This document shows positions 1 through 8,856 of a DNA stretch of 24,759 bases, piece after piece. Each line of letters begins with the position of its first letter. Position 1 is the first letter of the stretch. Origin of the DNA: a virus (lineage: Duplodnaviria > Caudoviricetes). Under the pieces are notes generated by a model, which did no database searches, was not told the DNA's origin, and saw only the letters and a program-made list of their open reading frames with translations. A program made the position numbers and the translations under genes. The stretch covers positions 1 to 24,759 of IMG/VR virus record IMGVR_UViG_3300031519_000205; one strand, given 5' to 3'.

Positions 1-3000
1 CCAAATGTCTTTTGAAACCAGAGAGATTGAGGAATGTCTCGAATCCAACGTGCGTGAGTGTCTCGATGAGCATAAGACGAACCGACATTTCTAAGGGAGT
101 ATGATTTATTCCTTATCTTAGGGAATGTCATGTATGCTAAATCAGCTTCTAAGCCGTCTGCAAGGCCACCCGAACCAGCACCGAGGGTAATAGGGAGTGC
201 TGCTTGTAAAGCGGCTGATAGACTCGTTATTGGGATGCTTGTTATGATATTGCCTTGTCCAGAATCATTCTTAACAACAGAGGTTGAGGTATAGACTTCG
301 CTTGGTAGATCAGCCATAGCCGCATTATGAGCTATTCCTGCTGCGTTTGGCTTGACATATATGCGAAAGTTTTGGTCGCTTGGAGCTGTAAGTGGTGTCA
401 TTAAGTCATTCTTAGCGAATAATGAGTCAGCATTTGCATATCCTGTTCCACCCATTAACTCATATCTGCCTATACCGCCACCAAAATTAGGATTTGCTAC
501 AAAGTTAAATCGTAAGAATCCCCCATCGTCTTGAAGACCTTCAGCGACAATAGAGTTCTGCCATGTTTGAGGTATAATGATGTAGTCAGTCGATGATTTT
601 TCACGAACCGTAGTTCCAGCACCAAAAGGAACACCGAGAGTTCCCACGATGTTAAGTTGAGTTGCTGTTTTCGAGGTGTAGGTGTAATTAGTTGAGCCGT
701 AAAGAACTGCGCCAGAGCCACCGACAGCAATAGTGCCACTCGCAGGGAATAATGCTGTGTCTGCAACCTGCAAAAAGTTGTAAGACGCTATCATATTTCC
801 TGTTGTGACAGTCTGTGCCTGTTGAGTAGTCCATTCTCCCCTCATCACGTTATGTGGTGTGTTTTCTGGGCTTGATCCTCTGCGATATGACGACAAATAG
901 CCCTTTTCACCGAACTCTGGCAGAGATTTAATGCTTGTATTAGCCCCACTGGTAGCTCCAACGTTGCGCCAATTGCCTTTGATAGCTACTTTGACACCTG
1001 CTGGTATCTGGTCTTCGCTGTATTTGATAGCATCCGAGGTGAATACAGCCCTGGTCTTTGTTGGGTCATTAGGGTCTGGCATGAAGTAGTCAATTAAGCG
1101 ACTTGACTCCCAAGCATCTTCAACGTAGTTCGGACCGTTAATATCCTCGTTTGAATACATTTGAATTGGATGACCCGAATACAAACGGCTTCTTTGATCG
1201 TATCGAGGCAAGTATTCGCCTGTCGAACCTTTGCTATCGGAGTCAAGCCCTAAAAATTGATTGAGATTGAGTAGTGATGTAGCCCCGAAGTGGAATATGT
1301 TTGCATAATTGGTGACTTCATATCGTCGGTATGCGGCCACTAAGCTCGGCGCACCTTCTTTCTGTCCCACATCGAAGTATGGGAATTGAAAGTCAAGCTC
1401 ACCGATGGAGTCTTTTGCTTTCATAACAAGTTCTTTTGTTTTTCTTTTGGCGTTTTGTTTCCAATTAACATTCGATACAATAGCGGAGTGGATAGGTCGA
1501 TCTACATTATCACGGAACAGAAGAACCTTCCAATTAGGGAGTCCAGAAGCAAGTTGAGGTAAATTGAGCAGGTCTGTATCATCAATGACTGTTATATCCA
1601 TTGAACTAATCCCATCAACAGCTTTTACTATTTTGAAAGAATTAACGATGAAGTCTTCAGTGTTTGTAGGCATTGTGGTAGGTAATCTATGGTCGAGAGC
1701 ATAGATGTAGGCTGCTCTGTCGATCATGGTAACAGCCGTCACCCAGCTTGTCTGGTCTGCTAAATCTAAGGTTCTATTTTCTTGAACTCCAAGCGACCAA
1801 CCGTAAAAGTCAGCAGCAGTCCAGGGCGAGCCGTCATATTTAGCATTGAACGGCATTGGTCCGTCTGTTCCTAATGTTGATACTGAAACACCATCATCGA
1901 ATACCTCATATTGTTGGTTGGTAAAGTCCATGACGACCTCTAAATCATACCATAATTGATCCATAGTGTAAGTCGTTTCTGTTCCTCCTTCTTGCCATTG
2001 AGTCCAGAGTGTAGGATGAGCACCGTTTAATCCCCAACCAGTTGCAGGTCTAAAGGTATGAGTGATAGCGGCTTTAGAACCTGCCATATTGCCTCTTTCA
2101 TTAAGAGAGAATCCTGTTTCGGTTTGACAGTAGCCGACAGCGAGATTGTATATTGCCACTACCTCATTAGGAACGCCGGATTGAGTAGTGTCGAAGGATT
2201 GATGAGCAAGTCGAATAGTGAATCGCTCTCCATCAGTTGATGCGTTAAGCTCGGTATCGCCCACTATGACAGGCTGAAAACCAAACATACCATCAACAGG
2301 TCGCCCTTTGTTGCTTGTGTATGACCCATAAGTAGCCTGTTTGATAGGAACGGCCACATCAACGGTCCAATCAACATCTGTTGTTATTGTCCCGTCTGTA
2401 TTCATAGAGGTTATTTTTTCTGGATAAATCTGGTTAAGTTGAATAATATAGTCACCGACTTCAAGCCGACCATAGACATTCCCTATTTTGAAGAATGGAT
2501 CGCTCGCTATGTTATTATCTGGGTCTGTTGAAAACCCATCTGGGTTACTCACTGTAATAGGAACTGAATAGATATTGTAGCCTTTGCTGGTTGATGTATT
2601 CACAGGCCAAGTGTCATTTGTTGTTCGAGCAGTTAAAGTGCTAAGAACTACATTTGAGTTATCTTTGAAACAAACAAGTGGGTTTCCAAGTGCTGTGTCT
2701 TGTTTATTTTGAAATACTGTTGCTGTTGGGTCTGGAGCTCCTGTTGTGTTTATGTTGTAAGCAAATAAGCTATTATCATCAGCCTCTTGGTCTTTCCATA
2801 CGTTGTAATAAACGGTTGGTTGAATAAAGCCAGAGGCAAGAGGGGCTGCTAATGTGAATGTCACATCACCAGAACCACTCACTGAAACAGACGTATATTC
2901 AAGGGTGGTGAACTCAATAACAAATGTTTGAGTAGGAGTTCCAGAGCTTTTATCTGGCAAATGTCGGTCATTGGCTGGATCAAGGATTCTTGCTGTGTCG

Positions 3001-4031
3001 GTTGGCGGTGTTGGTAGTCCACCAGGGAGAAGAATTGTCGTCGCCCCAATAGGGTATGATTGACCCGTTGCTTGAACGGTTATTGCTTTCGCCTCAAAGA
3101 AGAACCATTGATCGTCAGCCGCTAATGGACCAACATTGACAAATTGAGTAGCGTGGTCGAGTGAGTATCGGTTTTTTCCACCATCACTTACTATACCAGA
3201 AGTAGTGAGCCAGTCCGAGACTCGACGGGAGAATGAATGCCTAAAGAATGGCTTGCCCGATGGCGACTTGATAGGGAATAAGTAGGCATAAGGTAGCCCA
3301 ATACCACCAGAAGAAGCAATAATTTCACCTGTTTCGCCCATATAGACACCACATAGGCTTGAACTCATCATAATTTTATGCTTTCGATAGTTCGAGAAGT
3401 CAGCTCCGAGCGAATTGCCGACAGCTAAAGGAACTCCAGAAGTGTCGGTAGGTTGTAAAAAGGATATATCGAACTTGGCATAACCTCTGGTCGATGCAGC
3501 ACCATACGGCATCCCTGCGGCTGGAACGGTGAAAGAACTACGCTCATACGTTGAATCTGTATCACCTTGACGAACCCAATACTCGTTTTGAGTTCCCCAC
3601 CCAGAGGCCATACGGGAGAAGTCAGCCCTTCGAGGATAAGTAAAAGTTCGGAGGGATGCGGCATCACCGATTGTATCTGGATAAGAGAGTGTAGCTCGAC
3701 CTTCATAGAAAGCAGAGCCAATACGGTTCTCGTCATAGGTAAGCCATTGTGACGGTCCTTCATTGTGGAGAGAGGCGGCTTCACTTGCTGCGGCTGATCC
3801 GAGTAAAGCGATAGGTGCTTTTGAAGCAAATGACCTGGTGAGATAATCATAAGTGAATCTGGGGTTGGCTAATGCTTGAGCAGCCATTGTATTTCCAGCG
3901 TGAGAGTCTCTTCGATTAGTGAAGAAGTCGGTGCTGTCATAGTCTTCTCCCTCGGAGATAGTTCGAGTGGATTGAAAGTCTTCGTAGTAGCCAGCAAGCC
4001 AAGTAGTAAATCGAGATGAGACAGTATTCAT
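1..4031 (-). CDS. Very large minor tail protein (baseplate hub/Tal-like with lectin-like domains), truncated at left edge, >1343 aa
   Basis: Absent from the ORF track because there is no stop in the window. ATG at 4031 follows the tape measure stop and reads MNTVSSRFTTWLAGYYEDFQ...; the same frame reads ...THARWIRDIPQSLWFQKTF at the edge. It contains a ConA/LamG-like stretch (WYDLEVVMDFTNQQYEVFDDG) and a hub-like segment (SFKIVKAVDGISSMDITVIDD...WKVLLFRDNVDRPIHSAIVSNVNW...ELVMKAKDSIGELD). Confidence 0.8.
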   Translation of the reverse strand, partial: MNTVSSRFTTWLAGYYEDFQSTRTISEGEDYDSTDFFTNRRDSHAGNTMAAQALANPRFTYDYLTRSFASKAPIALLGSAAASEAASLHNEGPSQWLTYDENRIGSAFYEGRATLSYPDTIGDAASLRTFTYPRRADFSRMASGWGTQNEYWVRQGDTDSTYERSSFTVPAAGMPYGAASTRGYAKFDISFLQPTDTSGVPLAVGNSLGADFSNYRKHKIMMSSSLCGVYMGETGEIIASSGGIGLPYAYLFPIKSPSGKPFFRHSFSRRVSDWLTTSGIVSDGGKNRYSLDHATQFVNVGPLAADDQWFFFEAKAITVQATGQSYPIGATTILLPGGLPTPPTDTARILDPANDRHLPDKSSGTPTQTFVIEFTTLEYTSVSVSGSGDVTFTLAAPLASGFIQPTVYYNVWKDQEADDNSLFAYNINTTGAPDPTATVFQNKQDTALGNPLVCFKDNSNVVLSTLTARTTNDTWPVNTSTSKGYNIYSVPITVSNPDGFSTDPDNNIASDPFFKIGNVYGRLEVGDYIIQLNQIYPEKITSMNTDGTITTDVDWTVDVAVPIKQATYGSYTSNKGRPVDGMFGFQPVIVGDTELNASTDGERFTIRLAHQSFDTTQSGVPNEVVAIYNLAVGYCQTETGFSLNERGNMAGSKAAITHTFRPATGWGLNGAHPTLWTQWQEGGTETTYTMDQLWYDLEVVMDFTNQQYEVFDDGVSVSTLGTDGPMPFNAKYDGSPWTAADFYGWSLGVQENRTLDLADQTSWVTAVTMIDRAAYIYALDHRLPTTMPTNTEDFIVNSFKIVKAVDGISSMDITVIDDTDLLNLPQLASGLPNWKVLLFRDNVDRPIHSAIVSNVNWKQNAKRKTKELVMKAKDSIGELDFQFPYFDVGQKEGAPSLVAAYRRYEVTNYANIFHFGATSLLNLNQFLGLDSDSKGSTGEYLPRYDQRSRLYSGHPIQMYSNEDINGPNYVEDAWESSRLIDYFMPDPNDPTKTRAVFTSDAIKYSEDQIPAGVKVAIKGNWRNVGATSGANTSIKSLPEFGEKGYLSSYRRGSSPENTPHNVMRGEWTTQQAQTVTTGNMIASYNFLQVADTALFPASGTIAVGGSGAVLYGSTNYTYTSKTATQLNIVGTLGVPFGAGTTVREKSSTDYIIIPQTWQNSIVAEGLQDDGGFLRFNFVANPNFGGGIGRYELMGGTGYANADSLFAKNDLMTPLTAPSDQNFRIYVKPNAAGIAHNAAMADLPSEVYTSTSVVKNDSGQGNIITSIPITSLSAALQAALPITLGAGSGGLADGLEADLAYMTFPKIRNKSYSLRNVGSSYAHRDTHARWIRDIPQSLWFQKTF

Positions 4032-4032
4032 T

Positions 4033-6867
4033 TCAACCAGCCCTTGCTATAACTCGTTCTTCTATCTGTGTTGATATTTCATCCACCATCTCATTGACGG
4101 TTAATCCATAGAATTGATTATTGACATTGACTTCGGTTCGGTAGTATAACTCACCGACTCCTTGATTGACAAGTTGATCGAAGAGAGTCTGGTTCATTCG
4201 ACTTGCGGAGAACCCAAAGAACAGTTCTTCACGTGCGCTCATGAAGTCTTTAACGCTTGATGAGGCTTTATCCATTGATTCTTCGGTTGTGTTTCCAAAG
4301 TCAAGCATGAGATCGGTCACACCGCCTGGTTTGTCAAGCTCAAATGCAAAGTCTTCAGCAGCGTATTGTATATTCTCAAAACCATCCACTATTTCTCCTG
4401 TTGATTCTTGCATATCCGAGGCGTGATTTTTCATCAAGAAATGCGCTGCGGCTAAAGCAGCAGTAATAGCAAGAATAGCCATACCAGCAGTTGCTACCAT
4501 TTCAAAGCTGACTAAAGAGGCGGTTGCACTATCTGTCGCTGCTTTCATAGTAACCATTGAGCCTATTGCTGGCAACATTGAGAGCATCATTAGGATCATA
4601 CTTGCTTGCATAGCGTCTTCATTGTCTGCAAACATCATTAAGCCCATGCTTGCGATTCCAGCAGCTCCAGCGAATCGGTTCATGCTAAAAGCCGATTTAA
4701 GAGCCTGTGCCTCAAGTCGCATCAGCGACCCAACAGTAAGAGTATTTGCTGTTATTACAGCCTTGCCAGCAGCAGCCGACTTCATTTTACTCATCATCTC
4801 TTTATGTTGAGCCACTGTCAAGTGACCCGTAGCTTTCAAAAGGTCAATAGTGGCTATGAACTCTTGACGTCTTGCTTGAATCTGCTTCATTCGAGCGACA
4901 GTTGCTTGAGTCATAATACCCAAACCTTCTGCTTCTTTTTGTGCTAATGATGATTGAGCAGTAACGACTTGTCTAAGAATAATGGTTTTTTCCGTCAATT
5001 GAGCAGTTTCCATTTCAAGTTCTGCTCGCATAGCACCTGCGCTTGTTAATCCAATCATGTGTTCTTCGCCTTTGAGAGCAATAATACCCTGGATTTTTCC
5101 CATTTCTTCTGTTTTCTGCATCAATAATTTTTCATTATCAGCAGCAGCAGAGATAGCCTGTCCTTCAGTCATGGATGAAGCCATACCAAGAACCGTCATT
5201 CTGTCTTTGTCTTTCTGGATTTGAGCTTGTGTTTGCGTGAGAACTCTTTGAGAGATAACATATTCAGTCTGTTTCATTCTTTCAGCAACAGTTCCGTATC
5301 GAACTTTTTCAGCCAATATCCTCACTTGATCTGCCTCAAGTTGAGTTACGAATGCTGTTCTTTGCGCTGCTATACCCAGCTTTGAAACGACAGCACTTTG
5401 CTCCATACTTATTTTACTCTGTAACCTGCCCTGGCCGATGAGTCCTTGACTCATCATTCTCTGGAGGTCCACGTTCTGTTTCATGATGATACGATAAACC
5501 CGTATCGAGATTAAGAGAGATTGAACATTCATGAATGTCTCAAACGCACCACCGGCTATATCATACATTGAATTAGCAACGATTGTAGCGTTTGTTGCGC
5601 CTTTCACTAAGAATGAAATGGTTTTGTCAAGACCAGCGTTCAATCCGCTTTTTTCTGGATCAACTTCTAATGCAGAAAGGAACGACTGCTTCATACTGTA
5701 TGAAGCCATTTCAGCATCGGTCATGGCTGGTAAAAGCTCTTGACCTATCATAGCCGATAGCGTTTCTTGAGCAGCCGTCATTTGGTTTGCTTCAAATGTT
5801 GCTGTGTTCATCACGGTGTTTAATTCATCAACTGCCGTCGATTCACGATCTATTGCTTGAGAAGTAAGTTCGGTCACTCTCTCAAAATTAGTCATTAACT
5901 TCATAAAACGTTCAGCGTGGTTTGCACCAGCAACCGATGTAGCAATTTGCTGTTGTTGAGTGGAGTTAAGTTCGTCGAACCCGTTATCCTTGAGTTGTTG
6001 CATGATACGGGTTAATCCGATCATGTCGCCGTTCACGTCTTGAGTAGCCACACCGTATTCATGTAGTGCGGAAGCAGCACCGCCTGTGTTGCTGGCAATA
6101 CGGACAAGCATTTGCTTTAGGCCACGACCAGCCTTAGACGCTTTTTCACCGGATTCAACCAGGGTTGCCGATAGAGCAGCCATTTCAGCAATACTCATGT
6201 TGGCTCTTGAACCAGACGAAGCGAATTGATCCATCACATTCGACAGTTGTTGCATTGTAGCAACGGAGTTGTTTTCGACAGTGTTCAGTTGGTCTAAGAC
6301 GTAAAGAGAGTTGCGAAGCACTACTTGGCGTTGTGTTTCAGCATCGGCGGCTAAGAAAGCCTCTTTACCCATCCCTTCATACATGAAACCTGTTTGTTGA
6401 GCAAGAGATATGAGGTTCTTCTGGGCTTCTTCTGTTTCCATACCACCAATCATACCAAAGGCCATACCGACTTCAGCTCCAGCGATAACAGACTCACCAG
6501 AACCGAGCAAACCGCCCAATTGAGCCATTCGTGCGCCAGCATCCAGAGCTTCTGCACCTGTGAATCCGAATGCTACACCAAGATCAATGATTCTTTCTTC
6601 GTAAGCCTCTACTCCTTCATAGTCGAAGAACTTGTTGAAGTAAATTGACGCTTCACCAAGAGCCAGAGCTGGTTCACGAACAGCGTCGATAGCATTTCCA
6701 ACCGATGCAAATATACCGTCAAGAGAACCTTTGATACCCTCGAAAGCGTCAAGAACAATTGCTTGAACAACAGTGCTCATCTCGGTAGCATCGGAGATTA
6801 GCTTTGCTGCTTGCATTTGTCCGACTACATCGAAAAATACTCGACTACCACCTTGTCTGCCCGCCAT
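4033..6867 (-). CDS. Tail tape measure protein (~944 aa)
   Basis: Long Ala/Met/Gln-rich helical protein with a TP901-type core (AALSATLVESGEKASKAGRGLKQML) and C-terminal hydrophobic segments. Lies downstream of the tail tube and chaperone genes. ATG 6867 follows SD GGAGGGGTGA. Confidence 0.93.
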   Translation of the reverse strand: MAGRQGGSRVFFDVVGQMQAAKLISDATEMSTVVQAIVLDAFEGIKGSLDGIFASVGNAIDAVREPALALGEASIYFNKFFDYEGVEAYEERIIDLGVAFGFTGAEALDAGARMAQLGGLLGSGESVIAGAEVGMAFGMIGGMETEEAQKNLISLAQQTGFMYEGMGKEAFLAADAETQRQVVLRNSLYVLDQLNTVENNSVATMQQLSNVMDQFASSGSRANMSIAEMAALSATLVESGEKASKAGRGLKQMLVRIASNTGGAASALHEYGVATQDVNGDMIGLTRIMQQLKDNGFDELNSTQQQQIATSVAGANHAERFMKLMTNFERVTELTSQAIDRESTAVDELNTVMNTATFEANQMTAAQETLSAMIGQELLPAMTDAEMASYSMKQSFLSALEVDPEKSGLNAGLDKTISFLVKGATNATIVANSMYDIAGGAFETFMNVQSLLISIRVYRIIMKQNVDLQRMMSQGLIGQGRLQSKISMEQSAVVSKLGIAAQRTAFVTQLEADQVRILAEKVRYGTVAERMKQTEYVISQRVLTQTQAQIQKDKDRMTVLGMASSMTEGQAISAAADNEKLLMQKTEEMGKIQGIIALKGEEHMIGLTSAGAMRAELEMETAQLTEKTIILRQVVTAQSSLAQKEAEGLGIMTQATVARMKQIQARRQEFIATIDLLKATGHLTVAQHKEMMSKMKSAAAGKAVITANTLTVGSLMRLEAQALKSAFSMNRFAGAAGIASMGLMMFADNEDAMQASMILMMLSMLPAIGSMVTMKAATDSATASLVSFEMVATAGMAILAITAALAAAHFLMKNHASDMQESTGEIVDGFENIQYAAEDFAFELDKPGGVTDLMLDFGNTTEESMDKASSSVKDFMSAREELFFGFSASRMNQTLFDQLVNQGVGELYYRTEVNVNNQFYGLTVNEMVDEISTQIEERVIARAG

Positions 6868-6869
6868 GT

Positions 6870-7169
6870 TCACCCCTCCTTATTCTTCATCATGTCATTG
6901 AGTTGTTTAGCGGTTTCGGCTGGCGAGTGCAATTTTCGCTTTTGATCTCTGCGAGCTACTGCTGATGACGCACCTTTTCTTCGCTTCTCGTTTTTGTTGG
7001 TATTGATTGAATCGTTGAGTTGGTCTGCTATCTCGTTTGCCACTAATAAATCCAGCTCTAAAGCCCACTGGCCTCCAGGTTGGTTGTATTTGTGAAATAA
7101 GTCGCTCGGAAGCAACCCCTTGTAAGTCGAACAGAGGATCGGGGATGCCCTGTAAATTAGACCAAAGGG
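6870..7169 (-). CDS. Tail assembly chaperone C-terminal extension (gpT-like), reached by -1 frameshift; fusion 7504->6870 is ~211 aa
   Basis: The -1 frame is open from the slippery site: PFGLIYRASPILCSTYKGLLPSDLFHKYNQPGG...NKEG. Its only nearby start is a TTG at 7115. Confidence 0.8.
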   Translation of the reverse strand, partial: PFGLIYRASPILCSTYKGLLPSDLFHKYNQPGGQWALELDLLVANEIADQLNDSINTNKNEKRRKGASSAVARRDQKRKLHSPAETAKQLNDMMKNKEG

Positions 7170-7504
7170 ACTGCACCCTCATTATCGTCACCTCGAATCA
7201 CGTTAAGAATCTTTACAAGCTCTTCGGAGGTTAATGAATCAATGTCTATTTTTTTGTCGAGAATACAGGTTGGCAACCATGCTGTTACTTGGTCTTCAAA
7301 ACCAGCACCTTGCTTATCGCAGAGTTCTAAGAACTCTTCCATCTGCTCATCAGTCCATTTTGAAGGGTCTGGGCCGAATGCTCGACATTTACGCATGGCT
7401 CGGCCTTGCTTTGCTTCAATTTTTAATTTGTCAAGACCGGATGCTTGACGCACCCAGACTTTCTTTCCGTTGTCTAATTCGACTTGTTTCTTCAATACTG
7501 GCAT
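7157..7504 (-). CDS. Tail assembly chaperone (gpG-like), 115 aa
   Basis: Sits between tail tube and tape measure, has chaperone size, and ends ...GAVPLV* over a slippery heptamer. Confidence 0.85.
   Translation of the reverse strand: MPVLKKQVELDNGKKVWVRQASGLDKLKIEAKQGRAMRKCRAFGPDPSKWTDEQMEEFLELCDKQGAGFEDQVTAWLPTCILDKKIDIDSLTSEELVKILNVIRGDDNEGAVPLV
7163..7169 (-). other. -1 programmed ribosomal frameshift heptamer C CCT TTG
   Basis: Matches X XXY YYZ in the correct phase, with one codon (GTC) between it and the frame-0 TAA, and a -1-frame TGA just upstream. Confidence 0.82.
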
Positions 7505-7536
7505 ACTTCTTCACTTCTCTTTACTTTAACTTAACT

Positions 7537-7731
7537 TCAAGGTGCGGGGGTTTCAAAAGCAATAATTATGCTTACGCCTTGACTATTATCTGATCTTACT
7601 GTGGTTATTGAATGAATTACGGTGTTTGCTATTTGTTGTGTAAGCCATATTCCGAGTTCTGTGTTTGCTGCTTGCACAGTTCCCTCAATAGTATGAGTTG
7701 CTGTCAATGCTGGATCAACAATAGTCGTCAT
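7537..7731 (-). CDS. Small hypothetical tail-region protein, 64 aa
   Basis: SD GAGGTGA upstream; fills the gap between tail tube and chaperone. Confidence 0.75.
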   Translation of the reverse strand: MTTIVDPALTATHTIEGTVQAANTELGIWLTQQIANTVIHSITTVRSDNSQGVSIIIAFETPAP

Positions 7732-7742
7732 ATCAAATCACC

Positions 7743-8807
7743 TCAAGGAGTCTTTGTCATTTCAGCATCACCGTTGATGCCATCCATGCCGATAACTGCT
7801 GTTGCCATATAACCTTCGGCTTCATCAAATAATCCGACGAAGTTCATTGAAAGAGTAGTGGTGTCACGGCCAGAAAGGTTCATCTCTGGAGCTTCATATG
7901 CGACCTTTGGAACTTTAATCTCAAAGAAGTTCGGAGGTGAAGCGGAGTCCTCAAAGCGAATCATAAGTGCTGGTAGTAAGGCTGTTCCGTTTTGTAGTTC
8001 AAAGCTCCGAAGTATGTCGTAGGTTGGAGTCTTGTCACCTTCAAAACCTGTAATATCATTTCCTGTGTTAAGTTCGATTGTTCCTGTGATTTCACGAAGT
8101 TGAGGTGGAGGTGAAACAAGATAGGTTGAGCCACCAAGAGCCGATGCGTTGTCTGTATCACGGTTCAAGGTGATTTCAAGACTTATCGACTTAACCAGCT
8201 TGGAGAAGGCTGCGCTTGTTGCGAGTGTTTCAAAGGAGACGTAAGCCTTAGCGAAGTGCAAAGCGTCAAGAGTTCCGAATGCTGGTGGAGAGTCGCTTGC
8301 GGCAGCACCAGGAACGGTGAGTGCGCTAACGGCTGATTCGCCACAGCCAACGAAGGAATAGGTCATCATGACGTATTCTCCGACATTTGCTGAAATAGAT
8401 AATGAGTCCAAGACCATACCTGGATAGGTATGTTCTAATGTTTCCATACCAATTCGAGCTGTGAATGATGCAAAGGTAGCATCATCAAGAGTCTCTGTTA
8501 GAGTGTGGGTTTTGGGAGTTGCTGTTGCGTCAAAGCTATCGACACCGAATGCAGAGAACAGGCAGAAGGAATTGAAGTCGTCAAGTTGGAGAGGTAGGTT
8601 CACATCTCCTTCGCCATAGAATAGGCCAGCAACGGTCTTAGAAGCACCGTAGCGTGAAATGTCGGCACGTGTAAGAAGGTCAAAGTTCTGTGAGAATGAC
8701 TCATCATCGACTTCGCCCAAGAAGAGAGTTGCTGTGGTAGCGATTGGCTCTATGCCATACGCTGCTTCTTTTTGGAGTGTGACATATCGGTTGCTTAGTG
8801 CGGTCAT
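7743..8807 (-). CDS. Major tail tube protein, 354 aa
   Basis: Tube-like motifs (YVTLQKEAAYG; YPGMVLDSLSISANVGE; REITGTIEL; EIKVPKVAYEAP), position in the tail module, no sheath gene nearby. Confidence 0.88.
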   Translation of the reverse strand: MTALSNRYVTLQKEAAYGIEPIATTATLFLGEVDDESFSQNFDLLTRADISRYGASKTVAGLFYGEGDVNLPLQLDDFNSFCLFSAFGVDSFDATATPKTHTLTETLDDATFASFTARIGMETLEHTYPGMVLDSLSISANVGEYVMMTYSFVGCGESAVSALTVPGAAASDSPPAFGTLDALHFAKAYVSFETLATSAAFSKLVKSISLEITLNRDTDNASALGGSTYLVSPPPQLREITGTIELNTGNDITGFEGDKTPTYDILRSFELQNGTALLPALMIRFEDSASPPNFFEIKVPKVAYEAPEMNLSGRDTTTLSMNFVGLFDEAEGYMATAVIGMDGINGDAEMTKTP

Positions 8808-8839
8808 AGGAATACCCTCGGTAGTTAAAGGATTGACCC

Positions 8840-8856
8840 TCCGTTATATCAATTAT
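8840..8856 (-). promoter_or_regulatory. Putative late promoter (TTGATATA core) for tail tube operon
   Basis: ATAATTGATATAACGGA at the end of the upstream gene. A start site 30 nt downstream gives a 15-nt leader containing GAGGG. Confidence 0.55.

Noticed and set aside
352-3850. Short ORFs suggesting a gene-poor or recoded left end
   Set aside because: The region is one long minus-strand ORF running off the edge; the standard code reads through, so no recoding or pseudogene is needed.
6907-7191. 94-aa minus-strand ORF in the third frame of the chaperone region
   Set aside because: The slippery site leads to the -1 frame, which abuts the tape measure gene; this frame has no support.
7537-7760. 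Possible frameshift fusing the tail tube to the 64-aa ORF
   Set aside because: A TGA in the downstream frame lies just before its ATG, there is no slippery heptamer, and it has its own SD.
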